A DNA stretch of 42,624 nt from a virus. The notes below the pieces were generated by a model that saw only the letters and a program-made list of their open reading frames with translations, had not been told where the DNA came from and searched no databases. The stretch is taken from UHGV virus genome UHGV-0204464. One strand, given 5' to 3'. Position numbers and translations under genes: made by a program. Of this stretch, positions 8,826 to 18,922 are shown piece by piece. Numbering within the stretch: the stretch's first letter is position 1; every line of letters begins with the position of its first letter.

Positions 8826-9749
8826 ATGACGAGTGTAGCAATTGCAGAACATACAATCAACGTTCCATTCCACGGAACAAATCTCTTTTTGGTCAGCATT
8901 AACAATGAACCTTACGTTCCTATGAAACCCGTTGTAGAAGGCATGGGTATGGTTTGGGCTGCTCAATTTGTTAAATTAAAACAGAGATTTGTCAAAGGTA
9001 TTTCGGAAATCGAAATACCTTCTGCTGGCGGTAAACAGTTAATGATATGCCTTGCCTTTCGTAAGTTTGCGGCTTGGCTTTCAAGCATTCAGCCAAACAA
9101 AGTCCGCCCTGAAATCCGCGACAAGGTAATCCAGTATCAGGAAGAGTGTGACGATGTGCTCTACGAGTACTGGACTAAAGGCCATGTGGTTAATCCACGC
9201 AAAGCTAAAAAGGCGTTGCCGGGGAAAATCACTACTGAACAGCAGGAAGCCATTAAACAACTCGTCATGAGTCGCGGTCAGTCTCTGCCAAAAGAAAAAC
9301 AGGCTAAGGCGATGATCACCATGTGGTCGTCACTGAAATCCCATTTTGGATGTTCGTACAAAGAAATCAGTGAGGAGCAGTTTACAGAAGCACTGTCACT
9401 TGCAGCTCGAGTTCCACTTGAAGGTGAGTTCATTGGCAAACAAGAAGAGTTACCAGCGCCAAAACTGGATATTAACTTCCCGATTTCATGGTTTGCTGAA
9501 AATGCACCTTACGCCATTATCAGGCAGCAATGCGGTGATACTGTTGCTCTTGACCGCAGCGCACTCGTTGAATGCAGTCCGGCGTATAAACTAATCAATA
9601 TTCTGACAAAAGCGGGGTATGACGTTTCAGCAGTAAGAGCTGAACTAAAAGCACTTCGCCATTTAATGGCTGAGCAAAGCTGGGCACTTAAAGAGATAGC
9701 TTCATTCGCAGCGATACGTGATAGAGCGTGCCACTCAATTAAACTTTAA
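8826..9749 (+). CDS. ant: Antirepressor Ant
   Basis: 307 aa; N-terminal AntA/KilA-N-like segment; position after mnt/arc; AGGA RBS. Confidence 0.8.
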   Translation: MTSVAIAEHTINVPFHGTNLFLVSINNEPYVPMKPVVEGMGMVWAAQFVKLKQRFVKGISEIEIPSAGGKQLMICLAFRKFAAWLSSIQPNKVRPEIRDKVIQYQEECDDVLYEYWTKGHVVNPRKAKKALPGKITTEQQEAIKQLVMSRGQSLPKEKQAKAMITMWSSLKSHFGCSYKEISEEQFTEALSLAARVPLEGEFIGKQEELPAPKLDINFPISWFAENAPYAIIRQQCGDTVALDRSALVECSPAYKLINILTKAGYDVSAVRAELKALRHLMAEQSWALKEIASFAAIRDRACHSIKL

Positions 9750-9790
9750 CTACCTGCACGAAAAGTGTAGGTCAATAACCAACGCAACGA

Positions 9791-9813
9791 CCCAGCTTCG
9801 GCTGGGTTTTTTT
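9791..9813 (+). terminator. Rho-independent terminator after ant
   Basis: CCCAGC-TTCG-GCTGGG hairpin followed by TTTTTTT. Confidence 0.7.
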
Positions 9814-9871
9814 ATGCCCAAAATTCACCGTAGCCATGCTGCGGCGATTCCTTGTGTCTGGAGCAAATTAA

Positions 9872-12817
9872 ATGAGAGACATTACAGCCAATGTGATCGT
9901 ATCGATGCCTTCGCAACTCTTCACTATGGCGCGTTCTTTTAAAGCCGTAGCTAATGGCAAAATTTATATCGGTAAAATTGACACAGATCCTGTAAATCCA
10001 GAAAACCAGATTCAGGTCTATGTGGAGAATGAAGACGGTTCTCACGTTCCTGTTTCGCAACCAATAATCATTAACGCTGCTGGATATCCTGTATATAACG
10101 GACAGATTGCCAAATTCGTTACCGTGCAAGGCCATTCTATGGCTGTTTATGATGCGTATGGTGCGCAGCAGTTCTATTTTCCTAATGTGCTGAAGTATGA
10201 CCCTGATCAGTTACGGCAGCAATTAGAAGACCCAGATGGAGCGAATAAATACCCAAAACTTCAGATAGCAAGATGGAGAGACAGTTATGATGTAAGAGGT
10301 TGGGGGGCTATTGGTGATGGTGTTCATGATGATACATCAGCTCTATCAGAATTACTTTCTGTTGCAACAGGTGGTGAAAAGATAGATGGGCGAGGGCTTA
10401 CTTTTAAAGTATCAACTCTTCCAGATGTCAGTCGATTTAAAAATGCTCGTTTTTTATTTGAGAGAATACCGGGTCAGCCTCTTTTTTATGCTTCTGAAGA
10501 TTTTATCCAGGGAGAGTTATTTAAAATTACAGATACACCGTGGTACAACGCCTGGACGCAGGATAAAACGTTTGTATATGACAATGTCATCTATGCGCCT
10601 TTTATGGCTGGAGACCGCCATGGTGTAAATAACCTCCATGTTGCATGGGTTCGCTCAGGAGATGACGGGAAGACCTGGACAACGCCGGAATGGCTTACAG
10701 ATTTACATAAAAACTATCCCACAGTTAACTATCACTGCATGAGTATGGGGGTTGTCAGAAATCGCCTTTTTGCTGTAATTGAGACGCGGACCGTGAGAGG
10801 AAATAAACTGCAGGTTGCAGAGTTGTGGGATCGCCCAATGAGTCGCAGCCTTCGCGTTTATGGTGGTATAACGAAAGCAGCAAATCAGCAAGTCGCTTAT
10901 ATTCGCATTACTGATCACGGATTATTTGCTGGTGATTTTGTCAACTTCTCAAACTCTGGTGTTACAGATGTTACCGGGAATATGACGGTGACTACTGTTA
11001 TTGATAAAAATACCTTTACAGTTACGACGCAAAATACCCAGGATGTGGATCAGAATAACGAGGGTAGATACTGGAGTTTTGGTACATCATTTCACTCGTC
11101 ACCATGGAGAAAAACCAGTCTTGGAACTATTCCTTCTTTTGTTGACGGAAGCACTCCTGTTACTGAGATTCACAGTTTTGCGACGATTAGCGATAACAGT
11201 TTTGCTGTTGGCTACCATAATGGTGATATTGGTCCACGCGAGCTTGGGATACTCTATTTCTCTGATGCTTTCGGTTCTCCTGGTAGCTTTGTTCGCAGAC
11301 GCATACCTGCAGAATATGAGGCGAATGCATCTGAGCCATGTGTAAAATATTATGATGGCATTCTGTATCTGACGACCAGGGGGACATTAAGTACTCAACC
11401 CGGTAGTTCATTGCACAGAAGCTCTGATTTAGGTACATCATGGAATTCTCTTCGCTTCCCAAATAATGTTCATCACTCAAACCTTCCTTTTGCCAAAGTT
11501 GGCGATGAGCTGATTATTTTTGGCAGTGAGCGCACATTTGGTGAGTGGGAAGGAGGAGAACCTGATAACCGTTATGCAGGAAATTATCCAAGAACATTTA
11601 TGACCAGAGTTAACGTCAATGAGTGGAGTCTGGATAATGTAGAGTGGGTTAATGTTACTGATCAGATTTATCAGGGCGGAATAGTTAACTCTGCGGTTGG
11701 TGTTGGTTCAGTTTGTATCAAAGACAACTGGCTGTACTACATTTTCGGTGGGGAAGACTTTCTAAACCCATGGAGCATAGGGGATAACAACAGAAAATAT
11801 CCTTATGTTCACGATGGTCACCCGGCTGATTTGTATTGTTTCAGGGTGAAAATTAAACAGGAAGAATTTGTTTCAAGGGATTTTGTCTACGGAGCCACTC
11901 CTAACAGAACGCTTCCTACTTTTATGTCGACGTCAGGCGTGAGGACGGTTCCTGTACCCGTTGATTTCACAGATGATGTTGCCGTCCAGTCACTGACTGT
12001 CCATGCAGGTACATCAGGACAAGTTCGCGCGGAAGTCAAACTTGAGGGTAATTACGCCATTATTGCGAAGAAAGTACCGTCTGATGATGTTACCGCTCAG
12101 AGATTAATCGTTAGCGGCGGTGAAACAACGTCTTCAGCAGATGGTGCAATGATAACGTTGCATGGTTCCAGAAGCAGTACTCCACGTCGCGCGGTATATA
12201 ACGCACTCGAACATCTTTTTGAGAACGGAGATGTTAAACCTTATCTTGATAATGTAAATGCTCTTGGTGGTCCGGGAAACAGGTTCTCGACAGTTTATCT
12301 TGGCTCCAATCCTGTGGTTACCAGTGACGGAACATTAAAGACAGAGCCGGTCTCTCCTGACGAAACATTGCTGGATGCCTGGGGTGACGTCAGGTATATC
12401 GCTTATAAATGGCTGAACGCTGTCGCTATAAAGGGGGAAGAAGGGGCGAGGATACATCATGGTGTAATCGCGCAGCAACTTCGTGATGTTCTTATTTCTC
12501 ACGGACTCATGGAAGAAGAAAGCACAACATGCCGCTATGCGTTTCTTTGCTATGACGATTATCCCGCAGTATATGATGACGTCATTACTGGCCAAAGGGA
12601 AATGCCGCTGACTGATAATGACGGGAGCATCATTGTTGATGAGGATGATAATCCAGTGATGGTAATGGAAGACATCATTGAGCGCGTTGAAATAACGCCA
12701 GCAGGATCTAGATGGGGGGTCAGGCCTGATCTCTTATTCTATATCGAGGCGGCATGGCAGCGCAGAGAAATGGATAAGATAAAAGCTAGGTTAGACTTAA
12801 TAGAAGGGAAGCACTAA
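9872..12817 (+). CDS. Chimeric tailspike: P22-type head-binding N-terminus fused to sialidase/endosialidase-like domain with C-terminal autochaperone-like segment
   Basis: 981 aa; first ~115 aa ([45 protein letters not shown]) match the P22 gp9 N-terminus; Asp-box motifs SGDDGKTW and SSDLGTSW; C-terminal HHGVIAQQL region resembles endosialidase/T5 pb1-type intramolecular chaperone domains. Confidence 0.8.
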   Translation: MRDITANVIVSMPSQLFTMARSFKAVANGKIYIGKIDTDPVNPENQIQVYVENEDGSHVPVSQPIIINAAGYPVYNGQIAKFVTVQGHSMAVYDAYGAQQFYFPNVLKYDPDQLRQQLEDPDGANKYPKLQIARWRDSYDVRGWGAIGDGVHDDTSALSELLSVATGGEKIDGRGLTFKVSTLPDVSRFKNARFLFERIPGQPLFYASEDFIQGELFKITDTPWYNAWTQDKTFVYDNVIYAPFMAGDRHGVNNLHVAWVRSGDDGKTWTTPEWLTDLHKNYPTVNYHCMSMGVVRNRLFAVIETRTVRGNKLQVAELWDRPMSRSLRVYGGITKAANQQVAYIRITDHGLFAGDFVNFSNSGVTDVTGNMTVTTVIDKNTFTVTTQNTQDVDQNNEGRYWSFGTSFHSSPWRKTSLGTIPSFVDGSTPVTEIHSFATISDNSFAVGYHNGDIGPRELGILYFSDAFGSPGSFVRRRIPAEYEANASEPCVKYYDGILYLTTRGTLSTQPGSSLHRSSDLGTSWNSLRFPNNVHHSNLPFAKVGDELIIFGSERTFGEWEGGEPDNRYAGNYPRTFMTRVNVNEWSLDNVEWVNVTDQIYQGGIVNSAVGVGSVCIKDNWLYYIFGGEDFLNPWSIGDNNRKYPYVHDGHPADLYCFRVKIKQEEFVSRDFVYGATPNRTLPTFMSTSGVRTVPVPVDFTDDVAVQSLTVHAGTSGQVRAEVKLEGNYAIIAKKVPSDDVTAQRLIVSGGETTSSADGAMITLHGSRSSTPRRAVYNALEHLFENGDVKPYLDNVNALGGPGNRFSTVYLGSNPVVTSDGTLKTEPVSPDETLLDAWGDVRYIAYKWLNAVAIKGEEGARIHHGVIAQQLRDVLISHGLMEEESTTCRYAFLCYDDYPAVYDDVITGQREMPLTDNDGSIIVDEDDNPVMVMEDIIERVEITPAGSRWGVRPDLLFYIEAAWQRREMDKIKARLDLIEGKH

Positions 12818-12962
12818 ATGTTTCGTTGGCGTCAAAAATATGAACTGCTCACATAAAGAAGTAAGTACATTGGCAAAAAACATTGACGTCAACGAAATTA
12901 AATATAAAACATCATGCAGACATATTACCAATATTAATATAAGGTAATAAAAATATAATTTA

Positions 12963-12990
12963 CAAAAAAGGCCCGTTGGAAGCGACGGGC
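12963..12990 (-). terminator. Candidate minus-strand rho-independent terminator
   Basis: GCCCGT..ACGGGC hairpin (12971-12990) with a T-run on the minus strand (plus AAAAAAG 12964-12970). Confidence 0.3.
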
Positions 12991-13244
12991 ATTAACCGCG
13001 GTAATGGATAAATTATTAATGTTTTTAGATTGTGAACGATATCATATTGTGCGGAAGTAGTGAAGTAACCATGTAAAATGATTGTTTCATAGCCTATGAG
13101 ACACACAAGGCTTTGTGCTCTTCGATAGTTGTTAAGGCGGATCACTCTACCTTCTCATCAATCCAGTCCGCCCCCACTGCATCATTTCTCTGCGCTTATC
13201 GAGATACTGAGCATGGTTGTAAATTCAACTAACCCAGTTCGTTG

Positions 13245-13290
13245 ACAAAAAATTAGCGCAAGAGGACAAAAAATCACCTTGCGCTAATGC
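13245..13290 (-). promoter_or_regulatory. sib/tI-like hairpin downstream of int
   Basis: TTGACAAAAAATTAGCGCAAG..CTTGCGCTAATGC long inverted repeat matching the lambda sib/tI region. Confidence 0.6.
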
Positions 13291-13530
13291 TCTGCCTCAG
13301 GTCACTAATACTATCTAAGTAGTTGATTCATAGTGACTGGATATGTTGTGTTTTGTAGTATTATGCAGTCTATTATTTAGACTAAATCCTTCATAACATA
13401 TTGATATTTACAGTGTTTTCTGTTTCTCGTTCAGCTTTTTTATACTAAGTTGGCATTATAAAAAAGCATTGCTTATCAATTTGTTGTAACGAACAGGTCA
13501 CTATCAGTCAAAATAAAATCATTATTTGAT
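13275..13530. other. attP (lambda type) with arm-type Int sites; core at 13434-13448
   Basis: Core GCTTTTTTATACTAA at 13434-13448; arm-type CAGGTCACTAT-like repeats in both arms; adjacent to int. Confidence 0.8.
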
Positions 13531-14592
13531 TTCAATTTTGTCCCACTCCCTGCCTCTGTCATCACGATACTGTGATGCCATGGTGTCCGACTTATGCCCG
13601 AGAAGATGTTGAGCAAACTTATCGCTTATCTGCTTCTCATAGAGTCTTGCAGACAAACTGCGCAACTCGTGAAAGGTAGGCGGATCCCCTTCGAAGGAAA
13701 GACCTGATGCTTTTCGTGCGCGCATAAAATACCTTGATACTGTGCCGGATGAAAGCGGTTCACGACGAGTAGATGCAATTATGGTTTCTCCGCCAAGAAT
13801 CTCTTTGCATTTATCAAGTGTTTCCTTCATTGATATCCCGAGAGCATCAACATGCAATGTTGTAGGGATGGCAATTTTTACGCCTGTTTTGCTTTGCTCG
13901 ACATAAAGATATCCATCTACGATATCAGACCACTTCATTTCGCATAAATCCCCAACTCGCTGCCCGGTAACAACAGCCAGTTCCATTGCAAGTCTGAGCC
14001 AACATGGTGATGATTCTGCTGCTTGATAAATTTTCAGGTATTCGTCAGCCGTAAGTCTTGATCTCCTTACCTCTGATTTTGCTGCGCGAGTGGCAGCGAC
14101 CGGGTTTGTTGTTATATGGCCTTCAGCTATTGCCTCTCGGAATGCATCGCTCAGTGTTGATCTGATTAACTTGGCTGACGCCGCCTTGCCCTCGTCTATG
14201 TATCCATTGAGCATTGCTGCAATTTCTTTTGTGGTGATGTCTTCAAGTGGAGCATCAGGCAGGCCCCTCCTTATTGCTTTAATTTTGCTCATGTAATTTA
14301 TGAGTGTCTTCTGCTTGATTCCTCTGCTGGCGAGGATTTTTTCGTAGCGATCAAGCCATGAATGTAACGTAACAGAATTATCACTGTTGATTCTCGCTGT
14401 CAGAGGCTTGTGTTTGTGTCCTGAAAATAACTCAATGTTGGCCTGTATAGCTTCAGTGATTGCTATCCTCCTGTCTCGGCCTAATCCAAACTCTTTACCC
14501 GTCCTTGGGTCCCTGTAGCAGTAATATCCATTGTTTCTTATATAAAGGTTAGGGGGTAAATCCCGGCGCTCATGACTTCGCCTTCTTCCCAT
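13522..14592 (-). CDS. int: Integrase (tyrosine recombinase), essentially lambda Int
   Basis: 356 aa; MGRRRSHERRDLPPNLYIRNNGYYCYRDPRTGKEFGLGRDRR... matches lambda Int along its length. Confidence 0.95.
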   Translation of the reverse strand: MGRRRSHERRDLPPNLYIRNNGYYCYRDPRTGKEFGLGRDRRIAITEAIQANIELFSGHKHKPLTARINSDNSVTLHSWLDRYEKILASRGIKQKTLINYMSKIKAIRRGLPDAPLEDITTKEIAAMLNGYIDEGKAASAKLIRSTLSDAFREAIAEGHITTNPVAATRAAKSEVRRSRLTADEYLKIYQAAESSPCWLRLAMELAVVTGQRVGDLCEMKWSDIVDGYLYVEQSKTGVKIAIPTTLHVDALGISMKETLDKCKEILGGETIIASTRREPLSSGTVSRYFMRARKASGLSFEGDPPTFHELRSLSARLYEKQISDKFAQHLLGHKSDTMASQYRDDRGREWDKIEIK

Positions 14593-14788
14593 TTCTGATC
14601 CTCTTCAAAAGGCTACCTGTTACTGGTCGATTTAAGTCAACCTTTACCGCTGATTCGTGGAACAGATACTCTCTTCCATCCTTAACCGGAGGAGGGAATA
14701 TCCTGCATTCGCGCACCCATCGACGAACTGTTTCAAGGCTTCTTGGGCGTCGCTGGCGTGCGTTCCACTCCTGAAGTGTCAAGTACAT
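14570..14788 (-). CDS. xis: Excisionase Xis
   Basis: MYLTLQEWNARQRRPRSLETVRRWVRECRIFPPPVKDGREYLF... (72 aa) matches lambda Xis; overlaps int start; track ORF extends upstream. Confidence 0.9.
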   Translation of the reverse strand: MYLTLQEWNARQRRPRSLETVRRWVRECRIFPPPVKDGREYLFHESAVKVDLNRPVTGSLLKRIRNGKKAKS

Positions 14789-14904
14789 CGCAAAGTCTCC
14801 GCAATTACACGCAAGAAAAGCCGCATTGATGCGGCAATGGTAGGTCTGGATATCATTGAGCAATGAACAGGCCTCATCGAGTGTGAGGCGGTGTTATTTC
14901 ATGG

Positions 14905-15249
14905 TTAGTCCTTGCGTAGCTCGCTGATTCTTCTGTAAGTCTCTGGTGCTTTGTTTCCGTGTATCTTCATTTCAAACTTCAACAGAGCAACGAGAGAATC
15001 CCATTCGTTGAGGATGCCTTTGAATGCCGGAACGCGCTTTGCAACCTTGTCGAATGAATCTCTGATTTCTGGAATCTGCTCAACAAGTGCAACGCATCGC
15101 CGGAAGTCTGCTGCGTCATGTGGAGCGCCGAAGTGATGACCATAGATATTTTTTTTCAGTCCACATGCGATTGAGGCAAGAGTTGCGCTACTGATGCCGA
15201 CATCGCCAGTTGATTGCCATTTCAAAACCTTCATAGCCAAATCTGACAT
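14905..15249 (-). CDS. Hypothetical early-left protein
   Basis: ORF with GGAGA RBS before the ATG at 15249 (MSDLAMKVLKW...). Confidence 0.5.
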   Translation of the reverse strand: MSDLAMKVLKWQSTGDVGISSATLASIACGLKKNIYGHHFGAPHDAADFRRCVALVEQIPEIRDSFDKVAKRVPAFKGILNEWDSLVALLKFEMKIHGNKAPETYRRISELRKD

Positions 15250-15275
15250 TTCTTGTCTCCAATAAAAAACCGCCA

Positions 15276-15443
15276 TCAGGCGTCTTGGTGTTCTTTCAGT
15301 TCTTCAATTCGAATATTGGTTACGTCTGCATGTGCTATCTGCGCCCATATCATCCAGTGGTTATAGCAGTCGTTGATGTCCTCTGCTTCGATAACCCTGT
15401 CGAATGGCTCTCCATTCCATTCACCTGTGACTCGGAAGTGCAT
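15276..15443 (-). CDS. Hypothetical small protein (55 aa)
   Basis: Hand-found ORF MHFRVTGEWNGEPF... with GGAG RBS 7 nt upstream; not in the supplied track. Confidence 0.3.
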   Translation of the reverse strand: MHFRVTGEWNGEPFDRVIEAEDINDCYNHWMIWAQIAHADVTNIRIEELKEHQDA

Positions 15444-15543
15444 TTATCATCTCCATAAAACAAAACTCGCCGTAGCGAGTTCAGATAAAAGAAATCCCCG
15501 CGAGTGCGAGGATTGTTATTCACCTTTGACGGCAAGTTGCAGG

Positions 15544-16167
15544 TTAGCCACGGTTAACCTCCTGCGGCGGTTCTGGTAGCGGCATCCAGAACAAGGCGTT
15601 CCCTAACCACGATAAAGTGCCGTCGCTCAACTCCACGTATTCCCCTTGTACCTGTCCTGCCATATACTCGCCGTGCTTTGAATAAATTAAAATCCAATCA
15701 TCTTGAGCGGGCATTCGCTCACTACAGCTTATCCAACCATCCGGAGTTACCGGATAGTTGCCGGGTTCTTTAATGTGCAAGCGAGGCTCACCATCTTTTG
15801 GTTCAGGCCACTGGCGCTCCATGTTGATCTTCAATTTATCTTCCATAGCAGCGGTAATTTCAGCATCGCTGATGCCAGCACGGCGCTGTGCATCCCACAA
15901 CAGGAAATGCATATCAGCCCACTCGCTGAGATCGTCTGGTTCGGCTGCGGCTTCCAGAGCCTCTTTTGAGAGGTGTTTCAGTGGACCAATGGGGCCAACG
16001 CAGCCAAATGTGGAGTCAGACCATTTGGCATGCTCGTGGCGAATCAGTTCGCGTTCCAGTGATGCCAGTGCAATTCGTGCCAGTTCCATTTGTTCGCCAC
16101 GAGTAAGCCCGTTTTCAAGCGGATTTTTAATGAACAATTCAATACGTTCTTTGGTAATAGTGGTCAT
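15544..16167 (-). CDS. Hypothetical protein, common lambdoid early-region family (possibly DUF550/DUF551-type)
   Basis: 207-aa ORF with AGGA RBS; family assignment from memory only. Confidence 0.55.
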   Translation of the reverse strand: MTTITKERIELFIKNPLENGLTRGEQMELARIALASLERELIRHEHAKWSDSTFGCVGPIGPLKHLSKEALEAAAEPDDLSEWADMHFLLWDAQRRAGISDAEITAAMEDKLKINMERQWPEPKDGEPRLHIKEPGNYPVTPDGWISCSERMPAQDDWILIYSKHGEYMAGQVQGEYVELSDGTLSWLGNALFWMPLPEPPQEVNRG

Positions 16168-16177
16168 TTGTTAGTCC

Positions 16178-16933
16178 TTAAACTGCTAGTTGCAATTGCA
16201 TTTCAAAGCGGTCGCGTTGTTCACAATACGCAAGAGAACCAGGGCTATTGTGTGCCTCAATCCGTTCTACCATTAATGCTGCTCGTGTCTCTTTACTTGC
16301 AGGTGCATAAGCCCCAGACCAGGCTTTATCAATACCGATGTTTCGAGCGACGTTCGTACTATCTGCGCTGGCTAAGGGTAATTTTGTGAATATCTGCGGA
16401 TTTAACATGCGCAATCCATGTAGTTTCGCAACCGGCTGACCATACTCATCAACAATGTGACGAATCAGGTCTTTCATTCTGGCTACCGCAAGAGTTGGGC
16501 GCTTTACGTCATAGTCGCCACAACTACCGATAGCCACTCGCGGAAACTCATTGCACAAATGAATAAATCGCTCGTCACTTTCATTCATGTGCCACACTGG
16601 AACGCCAGCTAGTTTTCCGTGAGGCCACTCATTCAGAAGCGCATCATTTTCTTCCTCTCCGCCATCAATAACATCAGGGATAATGGCAAAATCGAATCCT
16701 GGGTGATTCTTCCAGCGAGCAACAAACTCGTAGTAATCGCTCCAGTCGATTTTGTTTTTGCCAGCTGCTTTCCAGGCGGTGAATGCACCGTTGTCCAGCG
16801 CGAACGACTGACAGTATTCAGCCGCGAGATTGATCTGGCCTGAATGCGCAAAACTGATAAACGCATGTCGCCCTTTCCATGCTCTCATGGCGCACGTATC
16901 AGGAGTAATAGGCCCACCGTGATAGTGAATCAT
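16178..16933 (-). CDS. Hypothetical protein; possible tRNA-guanine-transglycosylase-like (DpdA-like) fold
   Basis: 251 aa from ATG at 16933 (coupled to upstream stop); LDNGAF segment resembles the TGT DSGGFQ motif; track ORF starts at an upstream TTG. Confidence 0.5.
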   Translation of the reverse strand: MIHYHGGPITPDTCAMRAWKGRHAFISFAHSGQINLAAEYCQSFALDNGAFTAWKAAGKNKIDWSDYYEFVARWKNHPGFDFAIIPDVIDGGEEENDALLNEWPHGKLAGVPVWHMNESDERFIHLCNEFPRVAIGSCGDYDVKRPTLAVARMKDLIRHIVDEYGQPVAKLHGLRMLNPQIFTKLPLASADSTNVARNIGIDKAWSGAYAPASKETRAALMVERIEAHNSPGSLAYCEQRDRFEMQLQLAV

Positions 16934-16934
16934 C

Positions 16935-17669
16935 TCACTCTCCTTTGATGCCAATGTTTACAGCCTGGCAAGCCTCTTTGAGCACCCAGTCAACAGCGTC
17001 TTTCCATGCTCCTGTTTCGACTGGCGGGTTCTCACGTTTTACCTGCTCATAAAAACGCACCGCTTTAATCAGTCCTTCAGGTACTACTGGCGATGGCTGT
17101 TTAGCTTCTAAATCAGCAATTCTGTCAACTACGGCATCTACTGCATCTGAAAAACCGAACCAGTTACTCCACTCAGGCCTATCCCCGGTTGCTGCAAAAT
17201 ACATATCAGCTAAAGCAGACTCAGCATGGTCACGCTCATTAATGAGTTGCTCTTCGCTTTTCTCCAGTTCAGCAATGCGCTTCTCTGCGGCCTCTGCCCT
17301 GCATTGTTCCCGTTGGAACATTTTGTGGGTGCGGTCGAGCGCCTCAAGTCTAGCTGCTGATGTTTTCTCTTCTGCTTCCAGCTCAACGCGCAGCTTCCCT
17401 ACCGTTAGCGCAATTTCCTCGTTCTCCTGGTCGCGGGATTTGATGTATTGCTGGTTCCTTTCCCGTTCATCCAGTAGTGCCAAAGCAATCTTTGGATTAA
17501 AGGCAGCAATAAATTCAGCGTTGTTTTTCAGAACGTGTTGCGCAATGGCCTGACTACTTAGTCGGACCTCATAACCACGTGCGCCACGGTGTGGTTTATA
17601 TGAGTCCCAGTCTCCCCACGTTGCTTTCTCTGCTTTTTCACGCAGTCCCTGATAGTCAATCTTGCTCAC
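16935..17669 (-). CDS. Ea22-like coiled-coil protein
   Basis: 244 aa with long central heptad/coiled-coil region (ELEAEEKTSAARLEALD...). Confidence 0.55.
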   Translation of the reverse strand: MSKIDYQGLREKAEKATWGDWDSYKPHRGARGYEVRLSSQAIAQHVLKNNAEFIAAFNPKIALALLDERERNQQYIKSRDQENEEIALTVGKLRVELEAEEKTSAARLEALDRTHKMFQREQCRAEAAEKRIAELEKSEEQLINERDHAESALADMYFAATGDRPEWSNWFGFSDAVDAVVDRIADLEAKQPSPVVPEGLIKAVRFYEQVKRENPPVETGAWKDAVDWVLKEACQAVNIGIKGE

Positions 17670-17973
17670 TGGTTGACTCCTTTGCTGGGCTTTCTAACTT
17701 CTGAGTGGTTGTATCAAACTCAAACAACTTAACCACGTCATCAAACAGGACATAATCGCCATCAGAATCTTCAGTCATGTCAGCGCCACAATCCTGACCG
17801 AACGAGTCACAACCATCCATATCAAGCTCGTATCGCTTGAGTTTTGCGATATTTGATAAATTCAGCGCCAGTACAGCAAGGTCATAAACCTCGTCAGCGG
17901 TATACCCGGCACCATGCCCATACATTTCAATGCGGGATATGATTTCTTCTACACGTTGTTTTGTGATCGTCAT
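17656..17973 (-). CDS. Hypothetical acidic protein
   Basis: 105-aa ORF in tightly packed minus-strand operon. Confidence 0.45.
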   Translation of the reverse strand: MTITKQRVEEIISRIEMYGHGAGYTADEVYDLAVLALNLSNIAKLKRYELDMDGCDSFGQDCGADMTEDSDGDYVLFDDVVKLFEFDTTTQKLESPAKESTSEQD

Positions 17974-18431
17974 TTTTGCTCACCTCCCTGTTCTTCCAGA
18001 AAAATACGCATAGCCTCAAGCATCTCTTCGGTGTCATACGGTGATAACTTGTCACGCAGGATGTGTTCAATGCTGTTAATGAACTTGCGGATTGCTTTGC
18101 GTTCAATTTCAGCCAGGAAAGCATCGGTGGCTGGGGTGTCTGATTGCAGAGACTTTGCGCGATAGTCATTCCACCCTCTTGCATACATGGGATTAACTTG
18201 CACTCCATCTTTTACGCAATATGCCTGCCCTCCACGGTTGATAACCTTGATTTCATCCATAGCGCCAGACTTCAGCCCCGCATTCTCCGCAGCCAGCGCC
18301 GCGCACTTGGCCTCCGCTTCAGCAAATTTACGCACCAGATATTCAGCGTTTGTTTCGTTAACCTTTAAATCGCTTGGGATGCATTTACCTTTCAGGAATC
18401 CATCCATCTCAATTAGTGACATTTGTTTCAT
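17970..18431 (-). CDS. Hypothetical protein
   Basis: 153-aa ORF; start overlaps upstream stop. Confidence 0.5.
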   Translation of the reverse strand: MKQMSLIEMDGFLKGKCIPSDLKVNETNAEYLVRKFAEAEAKCAALAAENAGLKSGAMDEIKVINRGGQAYCVKDGVQVNPMYARGWNDYRAKSLQSDTPATDAFLAEIERKAIRKFINSIEHILRDKLSPYDTEEMLEAMRIFLEEQGGEQK

Positions 18432-18592
18432 TTCTTCCCACTCCGCAACATCGCATTCAGATATTTGTTTTGATTCACTGACGGAAAAGAATTTCTCTTT
18501 AGCAATTCCTCTCTCGATGGCATTGGCTTTACGCGTTGGCGAATAATCATTTCTGCCGGAAGAATGCCTGGGTTGTATGCAAGTCCTCTCAT
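18428..18592 (-). CDS. Hypothetical small protein
   Basis: In-frame ATG at 18592 ([12 protein letters not shown]...) just after the stop of the 18603-18899 gene; the longer track ORF would overlap that gene. Confidence 0.3.
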   Translation of the reverse strand: MRGLAYNPGILPAEMIIRQRVKPMPSREELLKRNSFPSVNQNKYLNAMLRSGKK

Positions 18593-18602
18593 GGTAAATT
18601 CC

Positions 18603-18899
18603 TCAGTCATTACTGATAGCGCCATAGCGTGATCGATAATTACGCAGCCGCGGGTCGATATATTCAGGGAAGTGGGTATATGTGGCTTTGCGGAATGGTC
18701 GGATTGATGTTTCGTTTGTTCGGTCCTTCTCATCTTTTAACGCGAGTTGTATATCGCGTCGGTACATCCGTTCTGCTTTTGTTTCTGGTGGCAGATCGAT
18801 AAACGTGTCGAAAATGTTTTTGATATTTTCCAGCACCTCCGCCTTGGAGCTACCGGAGCAATTGCGCGGGTCATCCGCACCATACAGAGGCGCTGGCAT
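18603..18899 (-). CDS. Hypothetical protein
   Basis: 98-aa ORF. Confidence 0.45.
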   Translation of the reverse strand: MPAPLYGADDPRNCSGSSKAEVLENIKNIFDTFIDLPPETKAERMYRRDIQLALKDEKDRTNETSIRPFRKATYTHFPEYIDPRLRNYRSRYGAISND

Positions 18900-18922
18900 A
18901 ATGGGAGCCTTATTTTCAGTAA

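Noticed and set aside
10386-11480. Several 70-114 aa ORFs on both strands inside the tailspike gene
   Set aside because: Nested in or antisense to a 981-aa ORF with clear domain motifs; hydrophobic low-complexity translations
12960-13145. 61-aa minus-strand ORF in the tailspike-sib spacer
   Set aside because: Low-complexity, no RBS, overlaps a terminator hairpin; more likely non-coding
14789-14863. Upstream extension of xis (97-aa track ORF)
   Set aside because: Known Xis begins at MYLTLQEW; the extension lacks support and has no RBS
15758-16174. 138-aa + strand ORF antisense to the 207-aa early gene
   Set aside because: Ser/Arg-rich translation characteristic of a GC-biased antisense frame; early-left operon is consistently on the minus strand
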